Assembly: GCA_963740085.1 (NCBI GenBank)
Contig: CAVUCU010000001.1
Location: 1,216,001-1,280,000 of the forward strand
Source of the DNA: Nitrospirota bacterium
GTDB lineage: Bacteria; Nitrospirota; UBA9217
Reading direction: 5' to 3'
DNA length: 64,000 bases
Of this stretch, positions 47,991 through 58,466 are shown piece after piece; the stretch's first letter is position 1; each line of letters opens with the position of its first letter. The translations under genes were made by a program, and so were the position numbers. Under the pieces are notes generated by a model, which saw only the letters and a list, made by a program, of their open reading frames with translations, had not been told where the DNA came from and searched no databases.

Positions 47991-50900
47991 TTAGTTGATC
48001 GATACCTTAAACTTCACGGTAAAGCTTGCGCCGCCTCCGTTCAGCGTCCCGCTGGGTTTAATGCGCACCCCTTTTACGAGAGGATCGTAACCGATGGTCG
48101 TAGGGGGATAGACGTACGGCGGACCGCCGCCGGGTTGGTATGAATAGGAAACCGCGTTCGCATAGGTCCACGGCGTCGTCAGGCCGCAGCCACTGCACGA
48201 GAAGGTCACGGCGCTGCCGGCGGTATCAACGTACATGGTCATATTGGCAGGGATAACATCCGTGATGGCGATCGAGTCCGCGTCCGCCACGCCGCTGCCG
48301 TTGTTGATCACCTGTATGGTATATTGGACCTCCGCGCCGGGAATCGCCTTTGCGGACGCCGATACGCCGTTGATGGGATCAGAAATGACCGAAGACGATT
48401 TCACAACCATAAGAGACGGCAAAAGCGATACGTTGAACGTACCGACGCCTGTGTGAGAAACCGTGCCTTCGGTACCCTCCGGAGCCGTTACGGAAACGGT
48501 CCAGTTTCCGGAAGGCGCAGGCGCCGTGAGCGGGAAAGCGTATTCGAACGTTTTGGTCGCGACACCCGAGTCCGCGACCTGGGGCATGGCCACAGCGTTG
48601 ATAACGGTCACGTTGCCCGGGTCCTTGACGGTGATCATCGGCTGCGTCGTCGCGTTGTTGCTCGCGTTGATATCGAAGCTCCCGAAGGGGTCGCTCACGA
48701 CTGCCCGCAGGTAGACAGTGCCGGTGGTAAATGATGCGGGTATGGTCACTAAGGGATAGGCCGTGCTGTATGCAGTGACGCTGTTCACATTTATGACGGT
48801 CGCCGAAGGCAGATCGACATACGATCGGTTCCCGCCGTTTATCGGATACACCGTCAGGGCGCGACTGATGCCGGTGTTCGTAATGGTGAGGGTCCATTTG
48901 TTCCCCTGAGCGCAGGTCTGTGGCGGCGAGTAGGGCAAGTTGAACGTCTGAAGGTACACCGTACCTCCGGCGGCAAAGGCAATACTCTTCGTCTGAGTAA
49001 GGCTGATTGCTCCACAGGTGAGATTAACCCTTACGTTTCCGGTCCTGCCGTTTGTACAAGACATATAGAGGTTTACCGGAACATTATTTGAATTTGGATC
49101 GAGGGTCATGGGTAACTGCATAGCAACATCTTGTGCCCATATCTGAGATGAAGTTGCAGCGCCAATCGTGATAGTGCTGTTATTACCCGAGATGGATCGT
49201 GATATCGGCCCGGGCGCTCCTCCGCCTGCTCCATAGAGGTATAGCTGCTTGAGGCCGGTGACGGGGACCTGCGACTGGGAGACGGTGATCGCAGGCGCCG
49301 CTGGTGTGGCACCCGTCCCCGCGGGGTTCGTGATAGTGGCGGTGTTGTTGATAAGGGTACCAATTGCGGCCCCCCCTGCGATCGTCGTGGATACGACGAT
49401 TGCGGCGGTCCCGTTGGCAGGAACCAAGATGTTGGACGCCGTAAGCACTTGCCCCACGATAGTACATGTCGCACCCGCAGGACAACTTATGACCGAAAGA
49501 TTTGTCAGTGTCGCCTGGAACGTGTCCGTCACCGAGACACCGGAGACTGCTGCACCGCCGGTCTCGTTCAGCGTGATCGTATACGGTATAACGTCGCCCG
49601 GATTCTGGTCCCCACCGTTCGTATCCGTCCAAGTCTTTGTTGAGGTGGAGAGATTGGAGTTAACCGGAATGTTCACGGTAACGCTATCATTGTTGGAGTT
49701 GTAGTCCGTGATGGAACCCGGGATGACGAGGCTTGCGGTGTTGCTGAGCAGGCTGGGCGCCGGTGCGCTTACCGTACCCGTTATCGTATAGGTCACATAC
49801 CCGTACCGGGGAAGGTTGGCGGTGGTGTTGATGTTGTTCCCGCTCCCTGAGGCAGCGCCGCAGGTTGCACCTCCTGATCCCGCGCAGGTCCAGGCAACGC
49901 CGGTTATGGCCGCCGGCACGGTGTCTTGGATCCCGACTCCGGTCGCTGTCACGTTGTTGGGACCGGTATTACTTGCGATAACGGTATATCGGACAGTGTC
50001 CCCCGCTGACGCGGTCGTCGTCGAACCGCTCGTCACGTCCAAGAATGTCTTGGTGATGGCGAGGTCGATTGCGGTTGTCGTGTTCTGGTTGCTCACCAGG
50101 AGGTTGCGGATCTCATGGTAGTTCGTGGAGCCGCCGGTGCTGGCGGCGTAGCCGATCATGAGCTTCTGGGCTGTCGAGATCGCGGGGAGCGCCTGGTTCG
50201 TGATCATCTGCGTATAGACAAGCGGGGAGCCGTAGCCGAACGCAACCCAGACATTAGCGACCGGGTTTGGCGCCGGGCTGATCTGTATACGCACCTTGCG
50301 GTAGCTCACACCGGTCTGGGAAGGCCTGGGTGATCCGTTGTACCACAGTGAGCCGTTGTTGGCAGAGGTGGCTATCCAGGGATAAGAATTTGTGTTCGAC
50401 GTTTGTCCGATGGCGCCCCCGCCGAAACCGACGACGGAGCCGCGAATTGTCACGGTGTTGGGTCGTTGTGAAGTGCCATTGTAGCGTCCTTCACAGCCAT
50501 AGGCAAAGTTACCGAATTCATCGACGCCGATTCCCACATAGCCGCCGCTGATTCCCGGAACACTCGGGTTAACCGGACTGCACGCAGCAGTAGACAGTTT
50601 CTGTGCATAACCCAGGGAGCCGCCGAAGGCGCCTATGTTGAAGGGACTTGCCCCACCATCGAACAGGTAGACGCTATAGCCGTCTGCGCCGTTCCCGCCC
50701 CAAGTGGCGTAATCAAACTCGATCAGGAGCCCGGCGCTCAGGTCAAACGTGGTGGTGTTATAGGCAAAACCGGTCTGGTTACCTGTGGCGTTGGTCAGGC
50801 GCAGCCATCCCTGTCCTGCCGGATCAATGGCGCCATTTCCGGTCAGAACAGCGGAGCTGGGATTTCCGCCCAAGATCCAGCCCGTACTGTTCGTGTCGGT

Positions 50901-51116
50901 CATCGGCGCATTGATGATGATCGAGGCGGAGGCGTTTACGGCAAAACAGACCGCAATCACCGTTGCCAGGACGAATGAGCAAAGTATGGATCCAGACTGC
51001 CGGAAATAGGTATTCCTGCAAGGAGCTGAGACCTTTCCCTGTGGCAAAGCTTTCTTTGTTCCGATAAAGTTCATCTCACGTTGTCCCGAATAATCTCCCG
51101 CTGATCTTTTACTCAT
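47991..51116 (-). CDS. Large secreted adhesin: L-type lectin-like domain + DUF11 domains
   Basis: GWLRLT...Q.G, IEFDY..WGG.GADG, GSLGY, GIGVDEFGNF, IGYAASTGGSTNYHEI lectin pattern; three DUF11 domains. Start may be ATG 51074. Confidence 0.85.
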   Translation of the reverse strand: MSKRSAGDYSGQREMNFIGTKKALPQGKVSAPCRNTYFRQSGSILCSFVLATVIAVCFAVNASASIIINAPMTDTNSTGWILGGNPSSAVLTGNGAIDPAGQGWLRLTNATGNQTGFAYNTTTFDLSAGLLIEFDYATWGGNGADGYSVYLFDGGASPFNIGAFGGSLGYAQKLSTAACSPVNPSVPGISGGYVGIGVDEFGNFAYGCEGRYNGTSQRPNTVTIRGSVVGFGGGAIGQTSNTNSYPWIATSANNGSLWYNGSPRPSQTGVSYRKVRIQISPAPNPVANVWVAFGYGSPLVYTQMITNQALPAISTAQKLMIGYAASTGGSTNYHEIRNLLVSNQNTTTAIDLAITKTFLDVTSGSTTTASAGDTVRYTVIASNTGPNNVTATGVGIQDTVPAAITGVAWTCAGSGGATCGAASGSGNNINTTANLPRYGYVTYTITGTVSAPAPSLLSNTASLVIPGSITDYNSNNDSVTVNIPVNSNLSTSTKTWTDTNGGDQNPGDVIPYTITLNETGGAAVSGVSVTDTFQATLTNLSVISCPAGATCTIVGQVLTASNILVPANGTAAIVVSTTIAGGAAIGTLINNTATITNPAGTGATPAAPAITVSQSQVPVTGLKQLYLYGAGGGAPGPISRSISGNNSTITIGAATSSQIWAQDVAMQLPMTLDPNSNNVPVNLYMSCTNGRTGNVRVNLTCGAISLTQTKSIAFAAGGTVYLQTFNLPYSPPQTCAQGNKWTLTITNTGISRALTVYPINGGNRSYVDLPSATVINVNSVTAYSTAYPLVTIPASFTTGTVYLRAVVSDPFGSFDINASNNATTQPMITVKDPGNVTVINAVAMPQVADSGVATKTFEYAFPLTAPAPSGNWTVSVTAPEGTEGTVSHTGVGTFNVSLLPSLMVVKSSSVISDPINGVSASAKAIPGAEVQYTIQVINNGSGVADADSIAITDVIPANMTMYVDTAGSAVTFSCSGCGLTTPWTYANAVSYSYQPGGGPPYVYPPTTIGYDPLVKGVRIKPSGTLNGGGASFTVKFKVSIN

Positions 51117-51238
51117 TTAGGCCTGGCCTTCGTGTCTTGATCTGGCTCAGAAAGTTCTTTATAGAAAATTTTGCCTTAAATTGATCGGTACTTCTGCCGT
51201 AAATCGTTATCAAGAGATATCTGCTTCAACTTGGTAAT

Positions 51239-51267
51239 ATTATACGAAGAATAAAAATAATAGTCAA
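51239..51267 (-). promoter_or_regulatory. Near-consensus sigma70 promoter for the DUF11 operon
   Basis: Minus strand TTGACT-N17-TATAAT (51267-51262; 51244-51239). Confidence 0.75.
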
Positions 51268-51453
51268 GACATTTTTTTTTGGTTAAATAGGTTTAAAACC
51301 GCCACATGGAGACAATAAAAACTTGATACTATTATGTTTTTTCTTACCGTCCGCAGGATTAGTTTTAGTAAATTGCAAGGCATTCCCTTGTCGTAATCTC
51401 ATGCCTGGCTATATATCTGCAAACCAGAATGAGATAGCAATGAAAAGTCAGCA

Positions 51454-52416
51454 TTATCCTCTCAGATGGCAATCAACGAAATGTCCATTGCCGAGATCGG
51501 TAGTCTTCGGTATGGTCTTGTCGCAGGGCTCAAATCGGTAGATACAGCGGGTGTGGAAGCGGCAGCCGGGCGGTATTTGTGTGGGGCTCGGGATGTCTCC
51601 CTTGAGAAGGATGTGTTTCTTTTTCACCATGGGGTCGGCAACAGGAATATCGGCAAGGAGCGCTTCGGTGTAGGGATGGGAAGGGTTTTTATAGATTTCT
51701 TCAGCGGGTGCTATCTCGACGATCTTGCCGAGATACATGACGGCCACGCGGTCCGAAAAATGACGCACGAGATTGAGGTCGTGAGCGATGAACAGGAATG
51801 AAAGGCTTAACTCTTCACGAAGGTCCTCAAGCAGGTTGATGATTTGGGCCTGGACCGACACATCAAGTGCCGAGACCGGTTCGTCCGCTACGATGAACGA
51901 TGGTCCGCTCGCAAGGGCGCGTGCTATGCCGATGCGCTGACGCTGGCCGCCTGAGAATTCGTGCGGATAGCGTCGCAGGGCATCCGCGGGCAAACCTACT
52001 TTTTCGAGCAAGGCAGCGCCCCGCTCCCCAAGTTCATCATCCTTTGCAAGTCCGTGAATTACGAGCGGCTCGGTGATGATCTCCAGAATGCGCATACGGG
52101 GATTGAGCGAAGCAAAGGGGTCCTGAAAAATGATCTGCATCTTCTTCCGCAGTTCCCTGAGTGCCTGCTTGTCGAGTGTGCGGAGGTCCTTTCCCTCGAA
52201 CGACACGCTTCCGGACGTAGGTTCCAACAACCTGAGCGCAAGCCTGCCGAGCGTGGATTTACCACAGCCGCTCTCGCCTACAAGACCGACAGCTTCGGCC
52301 CTGGCCACCGAAAGAGTAACACCGTCAACAGCCGTCGCCCGCATAGACTCGCCCAATCGGGTTTTCACGGGAAAGGTCTTCTTAACATTATCGATGAGGA
52401 GAAGGTTGTTATTCAT
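51454..52416 (-). CDS. Oligopeptide/dipeptide ABC transporter ATP-binding protein (OppF/DppF type)
   Basis: GESGCGKS, FQDP, YPHEFSGGQRQR, ADEP, C-terminal GCRFHTRC..C..CH. Confidence 0.93.
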   Translation of the reverse strand: MNNNLLLIDNVKKTFPVKTRLGESMRATAVDGVTLSVARAEAVGLVGESGCGKSTLGRLALRLLEPTSGSVSFEGKDLRTLDKQALRELRKKMQIIFQDPFASLNPRMRILEIITEPLVIHGLAKDDELGERGAALLEKVGLPADALRRYPHEFSGGQRQRIGIARALASGPSFIVADEPVSALDVSVQAQIINLLEDLREELSLSFLFIAHDLNLVRHFSDRVAVMYLGKIVEIAPAEEIYKNPSHPYTEALLADIPVADPMVKKKHILLKGDIPSPTQIPPGCRFHTRCIYRFEPCDKTIPKTTDLGNGHFVDCHLRG

Positions 52417-52547
52417 CAGATTTCACTCTAAAGCTCAAGGCTCCCCTGCTATCCAGACTGGAACACTTCAATGACCGCTTCGCTTCTTTTCGTATCCGGC
52501 TTCTGTACTTCGATCACAGGTTCTGCCTGGAGTTGGGCGCCTATTTT

Positions 52548-53513
52548 TTAACGGGCCTCCCAGCATCTCACCAGATGTCCCGGCTTTACTTCAACAAGAT
52601 CCGGCTCCACCACACATTGCGCGGTCTTTATTTCGCAGCGCGGAGAGAACGTGCAGCCCTTTGGCAGATCATAAAGCCGCGGAACGGTCCCTGCAATTGT
52701 CTTAAGCCTTGTCTTTCCCGCCTCAACGGGCCTGGGGATCGAGGCCATGAGGCCGCGCGTGTAAGGATGCTGGGGATTCGCAAAAAGCTCGCGGGTACCG
52801 GTCTGCTCAACGATCCTGCCGGCATACATCACCGCCACGTCGTGCGCGCGTTCTGCGATCAGCCCGAGATCATGGGTAACGAGGATCATGGCCATGCCCA
52901 TCTCGGACTGGATCTTTCCCAGAAGTTCAAGGATATGGGCCTGGATCGTGACATCGAGCGCTGTAGTCGGTTCGTCGGCGAGGATGAGCGAGGGTTTGCA
53001 CGCGATTGCCATTGCGATCATCACGCGCTGGCGCATACCTCCCGAAAGCTGATGGGGGTACTCGTGCACGCGCTTCTCCGGCGATGGAATACCGACAGAT
53101 CGTAGAAGCTCCACGGCGGAGTCCATGGCCTGGCGATGTGAAACATCCTGATGTGCGCTCAGGACCTCGGCAATCTGGTTGCCCACCGTAAAAACGGGAT
53201 TCAGCGCGGTCATGGGCTCCTGAAAGATCATGGAGATCCTTGCACCGCGGACGGCCCTCATTGCATCGGCAGAGAGGGCAAGCAAATTCTGGCCGTCGAA
53301 GAGGATCTTTCCGGAAATGATTTTGCCGGGATAGGGAACGAGGTTGAGAATGGAGAGAGCGGTTACGGTCTTGCCACACCCTGATTCGCCGACCAGACCG
53401 AGGACACGACCTTTCTGCAGCCCGAGACTAAGGTTGTCGATCGCCTTGATCACGCCAGCGCGGGTAAAAAAATGCGTGGTCAAGCCCTGTATTTCAAGAA
53501 GGTCCAAAGGCAA
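52548..53513 (-). CDS. Oligopeptide/dipeptide ABC transporter ATP-binding protein (OppD/DppD type)
   Basis: [43 protein letters not shown]. Confidence 0.93.
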   Translation of the reverse strand: MPLDLLEIQGLTTHFFTRAGVIKAIDNLSLGLQKGRVLGLVGESGCGKTVTALSILNLVPYPGKIISGKILFDGQNLLALSADAMRAVRGARISMIFQEPMTALNPVFTVGNQIAEVLSAHQDVSHRQAMDSAVELLRSVGIPSPEKRVHEYPHQLSGGMRQRVMIAMAIACKPSLILADEPTTALDVTIQAHILELLGKIQSEMGMAMILVTHDLGLIAERAHDVAVMYAGRIVEQTGTRELFANPQHPYTRGLMASIPRPVEAGKTRLKTIAGTVPRLYDLPKGCTFSPRCEIKTAQCVVEPDLVEVKPGHLVRCWEAR

Positions 53514-53520
53514 AGCTCCG

Positions 53521-54252
53521 TCAGGGATTTTGGGGTTTGACGAAATTCAGGTACGTCCTCACGGCGGAGTTGTTGGGATCGATCACGAGCGCTTCCTGCC
53601 ACTCCTCCTCGGCAAGACCGAAAAAACCCTGCGAGTAATAGGCAATGCCAAGATGCAGCCGCGCCGGGATGTATCGGGGATTGCTCATCTTGGCGCGGGC
53701 GAATTCCTTGATTGCCTCGTCGTAGCGCCCCTTCTCGCGAAGGGCTATCCCGAGGTGAGTGATGATATCGGCAAAGTTCGGCGAAAGACGCAGTGCCTTT
53801 TGATATTCGTCGATCGCATCATCCAGAAGCCGAAGGTCATAGTACATGTTCCCGATTCGCAAGTGTTCGGCCGCGAGCTTGCCTTTGACAAAGGGATCGA
53901 TTCCGGACGCAGCAGAGGTCTTATCCGTTGCCAGCTCGGCAAAGTGGGCTGCGCGCTCAAATACCAGGCGGGCCTTCTCATACTGGCCAAGATCACTGTA
54001 GGTAATGGCCAGATTGAGCGACGCCTCGGTGTAGCCTGCATTGAGGTCCAGCGCTTTTTCAAAGGCCTGCGCCGCGAGTTCGAGCCGGTTGGTCTGGTTA
54101 TAAATAATGCCTAATTTGTTCTGAATGTCAGCGAACCTGGGGTTGATGGTAAGGATCTCCTGAAAAATGCGCCCTGCTTTTTCATAATCCTTTGCGTCGT
54201 AAAACTCATTTCCCCGCTTGTACAGTTCATCAAGCTTTGTCTGCATGTTCAT
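53521..54252 (-). CDS. Tetratricopeptide repeat protein
   Basis: Multiple TPR units (e.g. FADIQNKLGIIY...AFEKALDLN). Start placed at ATG 54252 with ggag SD. Confidence 0.9.
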   Translation of the reverse strand: MNMQTKLDELYKRGNEFYDAKDYEKAGRIFQEILTINPRFADIQNKLGIIYNQTNRLELAAQAFEKALDLNAGYTEASLNLAITYSDLGQYEKARLVFERAAHFAELATDKTSAASGIDPFVKGKLAAEHLRIGNMYYDLRLLDDAIDEYQKALRLSPNFADIITHLGIALREKGRYDEAIKEFARAKMSNPRYIPARLHLGIAYYSQGFFGLAEEEWQEALVIDPNNSAVRTYLNFVKPQNP

Positions 54253-54473
54253 CCCGTCTCCATAAAATGGTTGGCGCACTCTTTTACGTTCTTGTGCAAA
54301 AAATTTATCACACCTCGGCATAGTATGTCAATGAAAAACCAAGGGAAGGCCTTTTGTAGCGCACGAAATACATGCAATAAAAAGAGAGTACCTTGAGGGG
54401 GATGCCGGGTTCAATCAGCAGGAACCGCTTCTCAAATGAGACCACGTCGCATGATCAGCGTCAACGCAAAAAT

Positions 54474-54508
54474 AAAAGCCGACGCAGATGAACAGCGCCG
54501 GCTTTTTT
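54474..54508. terminator. Intrinsic terminator
   Basis: aaaagccgacgc-N9-gcgccggctttt with A and T flanks. Confidence 0.6.
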
Positions 54509-54531
54509 GTTCTTTTTAGACGGGGCCGATA

Positions 54532-55122
54532 CTATTTCAACCGGGTATAACCCTTTATCTGAAGAATGTCCTTGTGCTCCCCATCCTTAACTTCCTTTTC
54601 AAAGTCATCTTTGGCCTCTTTAACGTCTTTATCGGACATGTCCTTTCCGGGATGTTGAGTGTCATACACAACGAAATTGGCCTCCTGGACTTCCTTTGCA
54701 AATTCCTCGGCGGTCATTGGCGAAAAACGGGTAACGATGTTCCAGCCGGGATAGATCCCCTGCTGTAACAAATAGATCTTGCCTGCCTCGAATTTCAGAC
54801 GGGCGGTATCGGTATTGTCCGCATGTGATATGACGTAATGCACACCGGGAGTCACCTCGGTGATGAAAAACATCTTGCCCTGGGTCTGGCCGATCATTTT
54901 GCCGTCAAGATAGTTGTCGACAACGTTGCCCCAGCCGAAGGAAGTGGTCCGAATGATGACGAGCACCGACTTGTCGGATCTCGCGGCGATCGAGGGCTTG
55001 CCCTCTTTTGCGATCATGTGTGTTCCGGCAACACAACTCCACAGAATAACCGGCAGAATCAATAAAGCACAGACTGCGAACCACCTCGGAACAAAACCTC
55101 TTGTCGTAGAATGTCTGTTCAT
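54532..55122 (-). CDS. Putative lipoprotein (DUF2846-like)
   Basis: LWSC lipobox-like motif; LVIIR, YLDGK.IG, PG.H, FEAGKIY pattern. Confidence 0.7.
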   Translation of the reverse strand: MNRHSTTRGFVPRWFAVCALLILPVILWSCVAGTHMIAKEGKPSIAARSDKSVLVIIRTTSFGWGNVVDNYLDGKMIGQTQGKMFFITEVTPGVHYVISHADNTDTARLKFEAGKIYLLQQGIYPGWNIVTRFSPMTAEEFAKEVQEANFVVYDTQHPGKDMSDKDVKEAKDDFEKEVKDGEHKDILQIKGYTRLK

Positions 55123-55303
55123 AACCGTTCCTCCTCTAAGATTATATGGAACTGCTCTCCTGGCTTACCGAATCCCCTTGCATTGATTATGGGAAGGATC
55201 GATGCTGTGCCTTTCCAATACCCACACCTAAAAGTATAGACGAAGCTGCTCTGTTCTTCAACCCGAAAATTTCCGCGGCGCAAGAAGAGAGCGGACAGGC
55301 CAT

Positions 55304-56200
55304 TTACCACAAATACCTCAGCGGGTCCCGGGAAAGGCCGTTCTTTCGTATCTCGAAGTGCAGATGGGGGCCGGTAGTACGTCCCGTGTGCCCGACCATT
55401 GCGATTATCTGGCCTTTCTTCACGGTCCTGCCTGCTGTCGCCAGGACCTGCGAGCAGTGACCATAGAGCGTGGTGTATGAGTCACTGTGCGAAAGGATCA
55501 CAAATTTGCCGATGTATTCTCCTTCGCCGGTCTGGAGCACCGTGCCCGCCGCCGCGGCCGCGATACGAGTTCCCTCTCCCGCCGCCAGATCCACGCCAGT
55601 GTGTTTGCCGCGGAATCCACCCACGGGGTGGGTGCGCAGACCCATGCCCGAGGTGATCCTGCCGGGGAATGGGGAACCAAAAATGCCACGCAGACTATAG
55701 TTCGATCTCATCTCTTCGCTCAGATAAACCGGCCTCGCCCCCGTAATAAACAGATCCAGGCCAGGAACAAGAATGTGCTTCGGCCCCAGGTTGTTCACCA
55801 AGGCCATGGCTTCAGGAGACGCATTGTAAAGCGCCGAGATCGTGTTCACGTTTTCCTGCTCTGCGGTCCTGTGTACCACGCCTTTGCGGTTCGGAACACG
55901 GATCGTCTGTCCCAGCGCAGCATGCAGTTTTTCGAGGCCCGGGTTTGCGCCCACGAGGGTATCGATGTCCACACCGTATTTTTTCGCAACCTTCCAGAAG
56001 TTTTCCTTCGGTGCAATCTTGTGCTCCGCCAGCATGATGCCGGCTTTTGCCCAACCCGCCTCGATCTGTTTCTGCGTTACCATGCGTGATGAGATGATTC
56101 GTTTGTGGATCTGCACGCTGAGCAGGGCCGTAGCGGCGATAATGATAAGGCCCACGGCAATGGCCTTCGCCAAAATTTTCGGGGAAAGAGATTTTTGCAT
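55304..56200 (-). CDS. LysM + M23 family peptidase
   Basis: Two LysM-like repeats; HTGVD, YGH, TGPHLHFE motifs. Confidence 0.92.
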   Translation of the reverse strand: MQKSLSPKILAKAIAVGLIIIAATALLSVQIHKRIISSRMVTQKQIEAGWAKAGIMLAEHKIAPKENFWKVAKKYGVDIDTLVGANPGLEKLHAALGQTIRVPNRKGVVHRTAEQENVNTISALYNASPEAMALVNNLGPKHILVPGLDLFITGARPVYLSEEMRSNYSLRGIFGSPFPGRITSGMGLRTHPVGGFRGKHTGVDLAAGEGTRIAAAAAGTVLQTGEGEYIGKFVILSHSDSYTTLYGHCSQVLATAGRTVKKGQIIAMVGHTGRTTGPHLHFEIRKNGLSRDPLRYLW

Positions 56201-56224
56201 ACGGTGTGTGATCGACGACCTTCG

Positions 56225-57097
56225 CTACATGCCCCCCGTCTTTAAACGAGCGAGCACCTCTTTTCGATAGGCCTGATGCAGGGCAGCAGTGACCGGTCCG
56301 GGTGTTCCTTTTCCGATCATCTTTTTGTCTATGATCGCTACCGGCATGATCTCCATGGTGGTATTGGTGATAAAAGATTCATCTGCAATCAGGAGGTCCT
56401 TCGGCCGGAGCATGGCTTCCCTGACGGGGATCTTTTTTCTTTTGGCGAGGCGAAGAACCAGATCACGCGTAACACCCTTGAGAATGCCGGTGTCCAGGTG
56501 GGGTGTATACAAGACCCCCCCTTTCACCATGAATATGTTGCTGATGGTCCCCTCCGCCACGTAGCCTTCCCAGTTGAGCATGATCCCCTCGTACGCACGG
56601 GCTTTGACGGCCTCGATTTTGGCGAGGATGTTATTCAGGAAGTTCGTGCCTTTGATGGACGGCGGGAGCGCAAGCGGGTGATTACGCCGTGTTTTTACAA
56701 TGGCCGCGGAAACTCCGCGTTCGTAGTATGCGGTGGGATAATCGTGAAAGGGCTTTGCAATGATCACCATGGTCGGGGCACGGCAGAGCGCCGGGTCGAG
56801 ACCGATCTCACCAGGCCCGCGTGAGACATGAAGCCGCACATAGGCTTCCTGGAGTCTGTTAACGCTCAGCGATTCGTTCAGTGCGTCTGCGATTTTGTTG
56901 AGCGGCAAGGGAAGCTTGAGGGATATGGCATTGGCCGAGTGTTTTAGCCGGGCGAGGTGATTTTTGAGAAGAAAAAACTTCCCCTCATAGGCGCGCATGG
57001 TCTCATAGATCCCGTCTCCGTAAAGAAAACCATGGTCAAAGACCGAGACCTGCGCCTGTTCCCGTGCGACAAAATGACCATCAAGATAAACGAGCAT
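56225..57097 (-). CDS. ilvE: Class IV PLP aminotransferase (branched-chain aminotransferase / ADC lyase family)
   Basis: DHGFLYGDGIYETMR, HLARL..SA, IK..N, EG..SNIF, IL.GVTR, ADESF.TNT. Confidence 0.75.
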   Translation of the reverse strand: MLVYLDGHFVAREQAQVSVFDHGFLYGDGIYETMRAYEGKFFLLKNHLARLKHSANAISLKLPLPLNKIADALNESLSVNRLQEAYVRLHVSRGPGEIGLDPALCRAPTMVIIAKPFHDYPTAYYERGVSAAIVKTRRNHPLALPPSIKGTNFLNNILAKIEAVKARAYEGIMLNWEGYVAEGTISNIFMVKGGVLYTPHLDTGILKGVTRDLVLRLAKRKKIPVREAMLRPKDLLIADESFITNTTMEIMPVAIIDKKMIGKGTPGPVTAALHQAYRKEVLARLKTGGM

Positions 57098-57273
57098 GGT
57101 GAAAAAGTATCATTATTGAATGGGAGTGTCAAACTGTTTTTCTTTGAGAATGGTGAACTATAAATCAAGCAGCACCTTTTACAAAAGGGGCTTTCCCGAT
57201 TGTTCAATTTTCAGAGCCTGTCCCGCCCTGCGGGATGCGGTCTGCGGCGAAAAGTGAAGTGCGTTACCGAGGT

Positions 57274-58335
57274 TCACACTTTATCCAGCTTCTTCAGGAA
57301 CCCGAACATGTCGAAGCCGGCGCTGATCAGCTCCTTTGCCCGCTCGATCTTTCGCTTCTCGAGGATGCTGGACTTCCCCATGCGAAGCTCGATCTTGTTG
57401 ATGGCGGAAAAGGTGTCGTCTGACACGGTCAGGATGGGAATGCCTCGGGCGCGGGCCTTGCCGAGCACGACCTCGTTCGTCTGAAATCCACCGGTCAGGA
57501 TGATGCACTTGGTCGAGGTCTCGAGTGCGGCCAGCTGGATATCGGTGCGGTGGGCGCCGGTGATCACTGCCTTGTTCAACGTCCTGCGGAAATAGTTGAG
57601 CGCGCTGTCCACGTCCATCGCGCCGACCAGGAAGTTCTCCACGAATTCGCCAAGCTTGTCCTCGCAGCAGAGCACGCGGCCGTTCAAGATCTCGTTTAGC
57701 TGCCCCACGGTCACGGACTCAAGAAATTTGTCCCGGGGGATCACCCCGTAGACCGGGACTCCCTTCGTCTCGAGAAAGGGCTTCACAATATTCTTCACGT
57801 GCTCGATCATGGCCTCCGGCACCTTGTTGATCACGCTGCCGGCATATCGTTTGCCGAGGACCGTACGCACACCGAAGAGCGAGTCGGCGGAGCTGTCTCC
57901 CCGCCAGGGCTCTACCATGAGCACCCGCGCCTTCATCTCTTCGGCAAGTGACAAGGCATCGATTCCGAGGAGCGCGCCCTCACGGAGGTTTTTTGCTCCG
58001 CAGAGGAAGAGGAAATCCTTCTTCTTGAACACGTCGAAAGCCGCGAGGATCCGCTTCTTCGCGTCAATGGCCTTTCCCTGATAGAGCAGCGTCTGCACCT
58101 CAAAGGTCATAACAAACGGCGATATCACGTCGAGCGGCTCGTCAAGCCCCAGCGTCTCCTTGATGAACAGGGCGTCGGCATCATAGCTTTCCTTGCCGCT
58201 CTGCACCGGGGAAGTGCCGAAGGGTTTCATGACCCCGACCTTGTAGCCCATATCCATAAGCTTCAGGGCAAGACCGAGGGAGATGAAGGTCCGGCCTGAG
58301 TAACCGACGTTGGATGCTACCAGGATGGAAATCAT
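57274..58335 (-). CDS. Phosphotransacetylase N-terminal-like protein (BioD-like P-loop + DRTGG)
   Basis: SGRT..LGL, KPFG, VGAM, ITGAHRTDIQLAAL, ILTGG motifs; no Pta catalytic domain. Confidence 0.88.
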   Translation of the reverse strand: MISILVASNVGYSGRTFISLGLALKLMDMGYKVGVMKPFGTSPVQSGKESYDADALFIKETLGLDEPLDVISPFVMTFEVQTLLYQGKAIDAKKRILAAFDVFKKKDFLFLCGAKNLREGALLGIDALSLAEEMKARVLMVEPWRGDSSADSLFGVRTVLGKRYAGSVINKVPEAMIEHVKNIVKPFLETKGVPVYGVIPRDKFLESVTVGQLNEILNGRVLCCEDKLGEFVENFLVGAMDVDSALNYFRRTLNKAVITGAHRTDIQLAALETSTKCIILTGGFQTNEVVLGKARARGIPILTVSDDTFSAINKIELRMGKSSILEKRKIERAKELISAGFDMFGFLKKLDKV

Positions 58336-58466
58336 AAGCCCTCCTAAGCGAAATTGGTTTTTTTACTATACTATCTGATGTTATTCATGTCAAACTTTAG
58401 GCTGCCATCAACTTAATCGCTTGCAAATTCGCTCTCCTTGTCCATTCATGACCATGCCTCATTACC

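Noticed and set aside
51075-51180. c-di-GMP-I (GEMM) riboswitch-like words in the DUF11 operon leader (GGCAAA...GACACGAAG...GGCCTAAA...AGCGGG on the minus strand)
   Set aside because: No GNRA-capped P2 stem of the right length and no convincing P1/P3 pairing by eye. An Infernal scan with the c-di-GMP-I model would be decisive.
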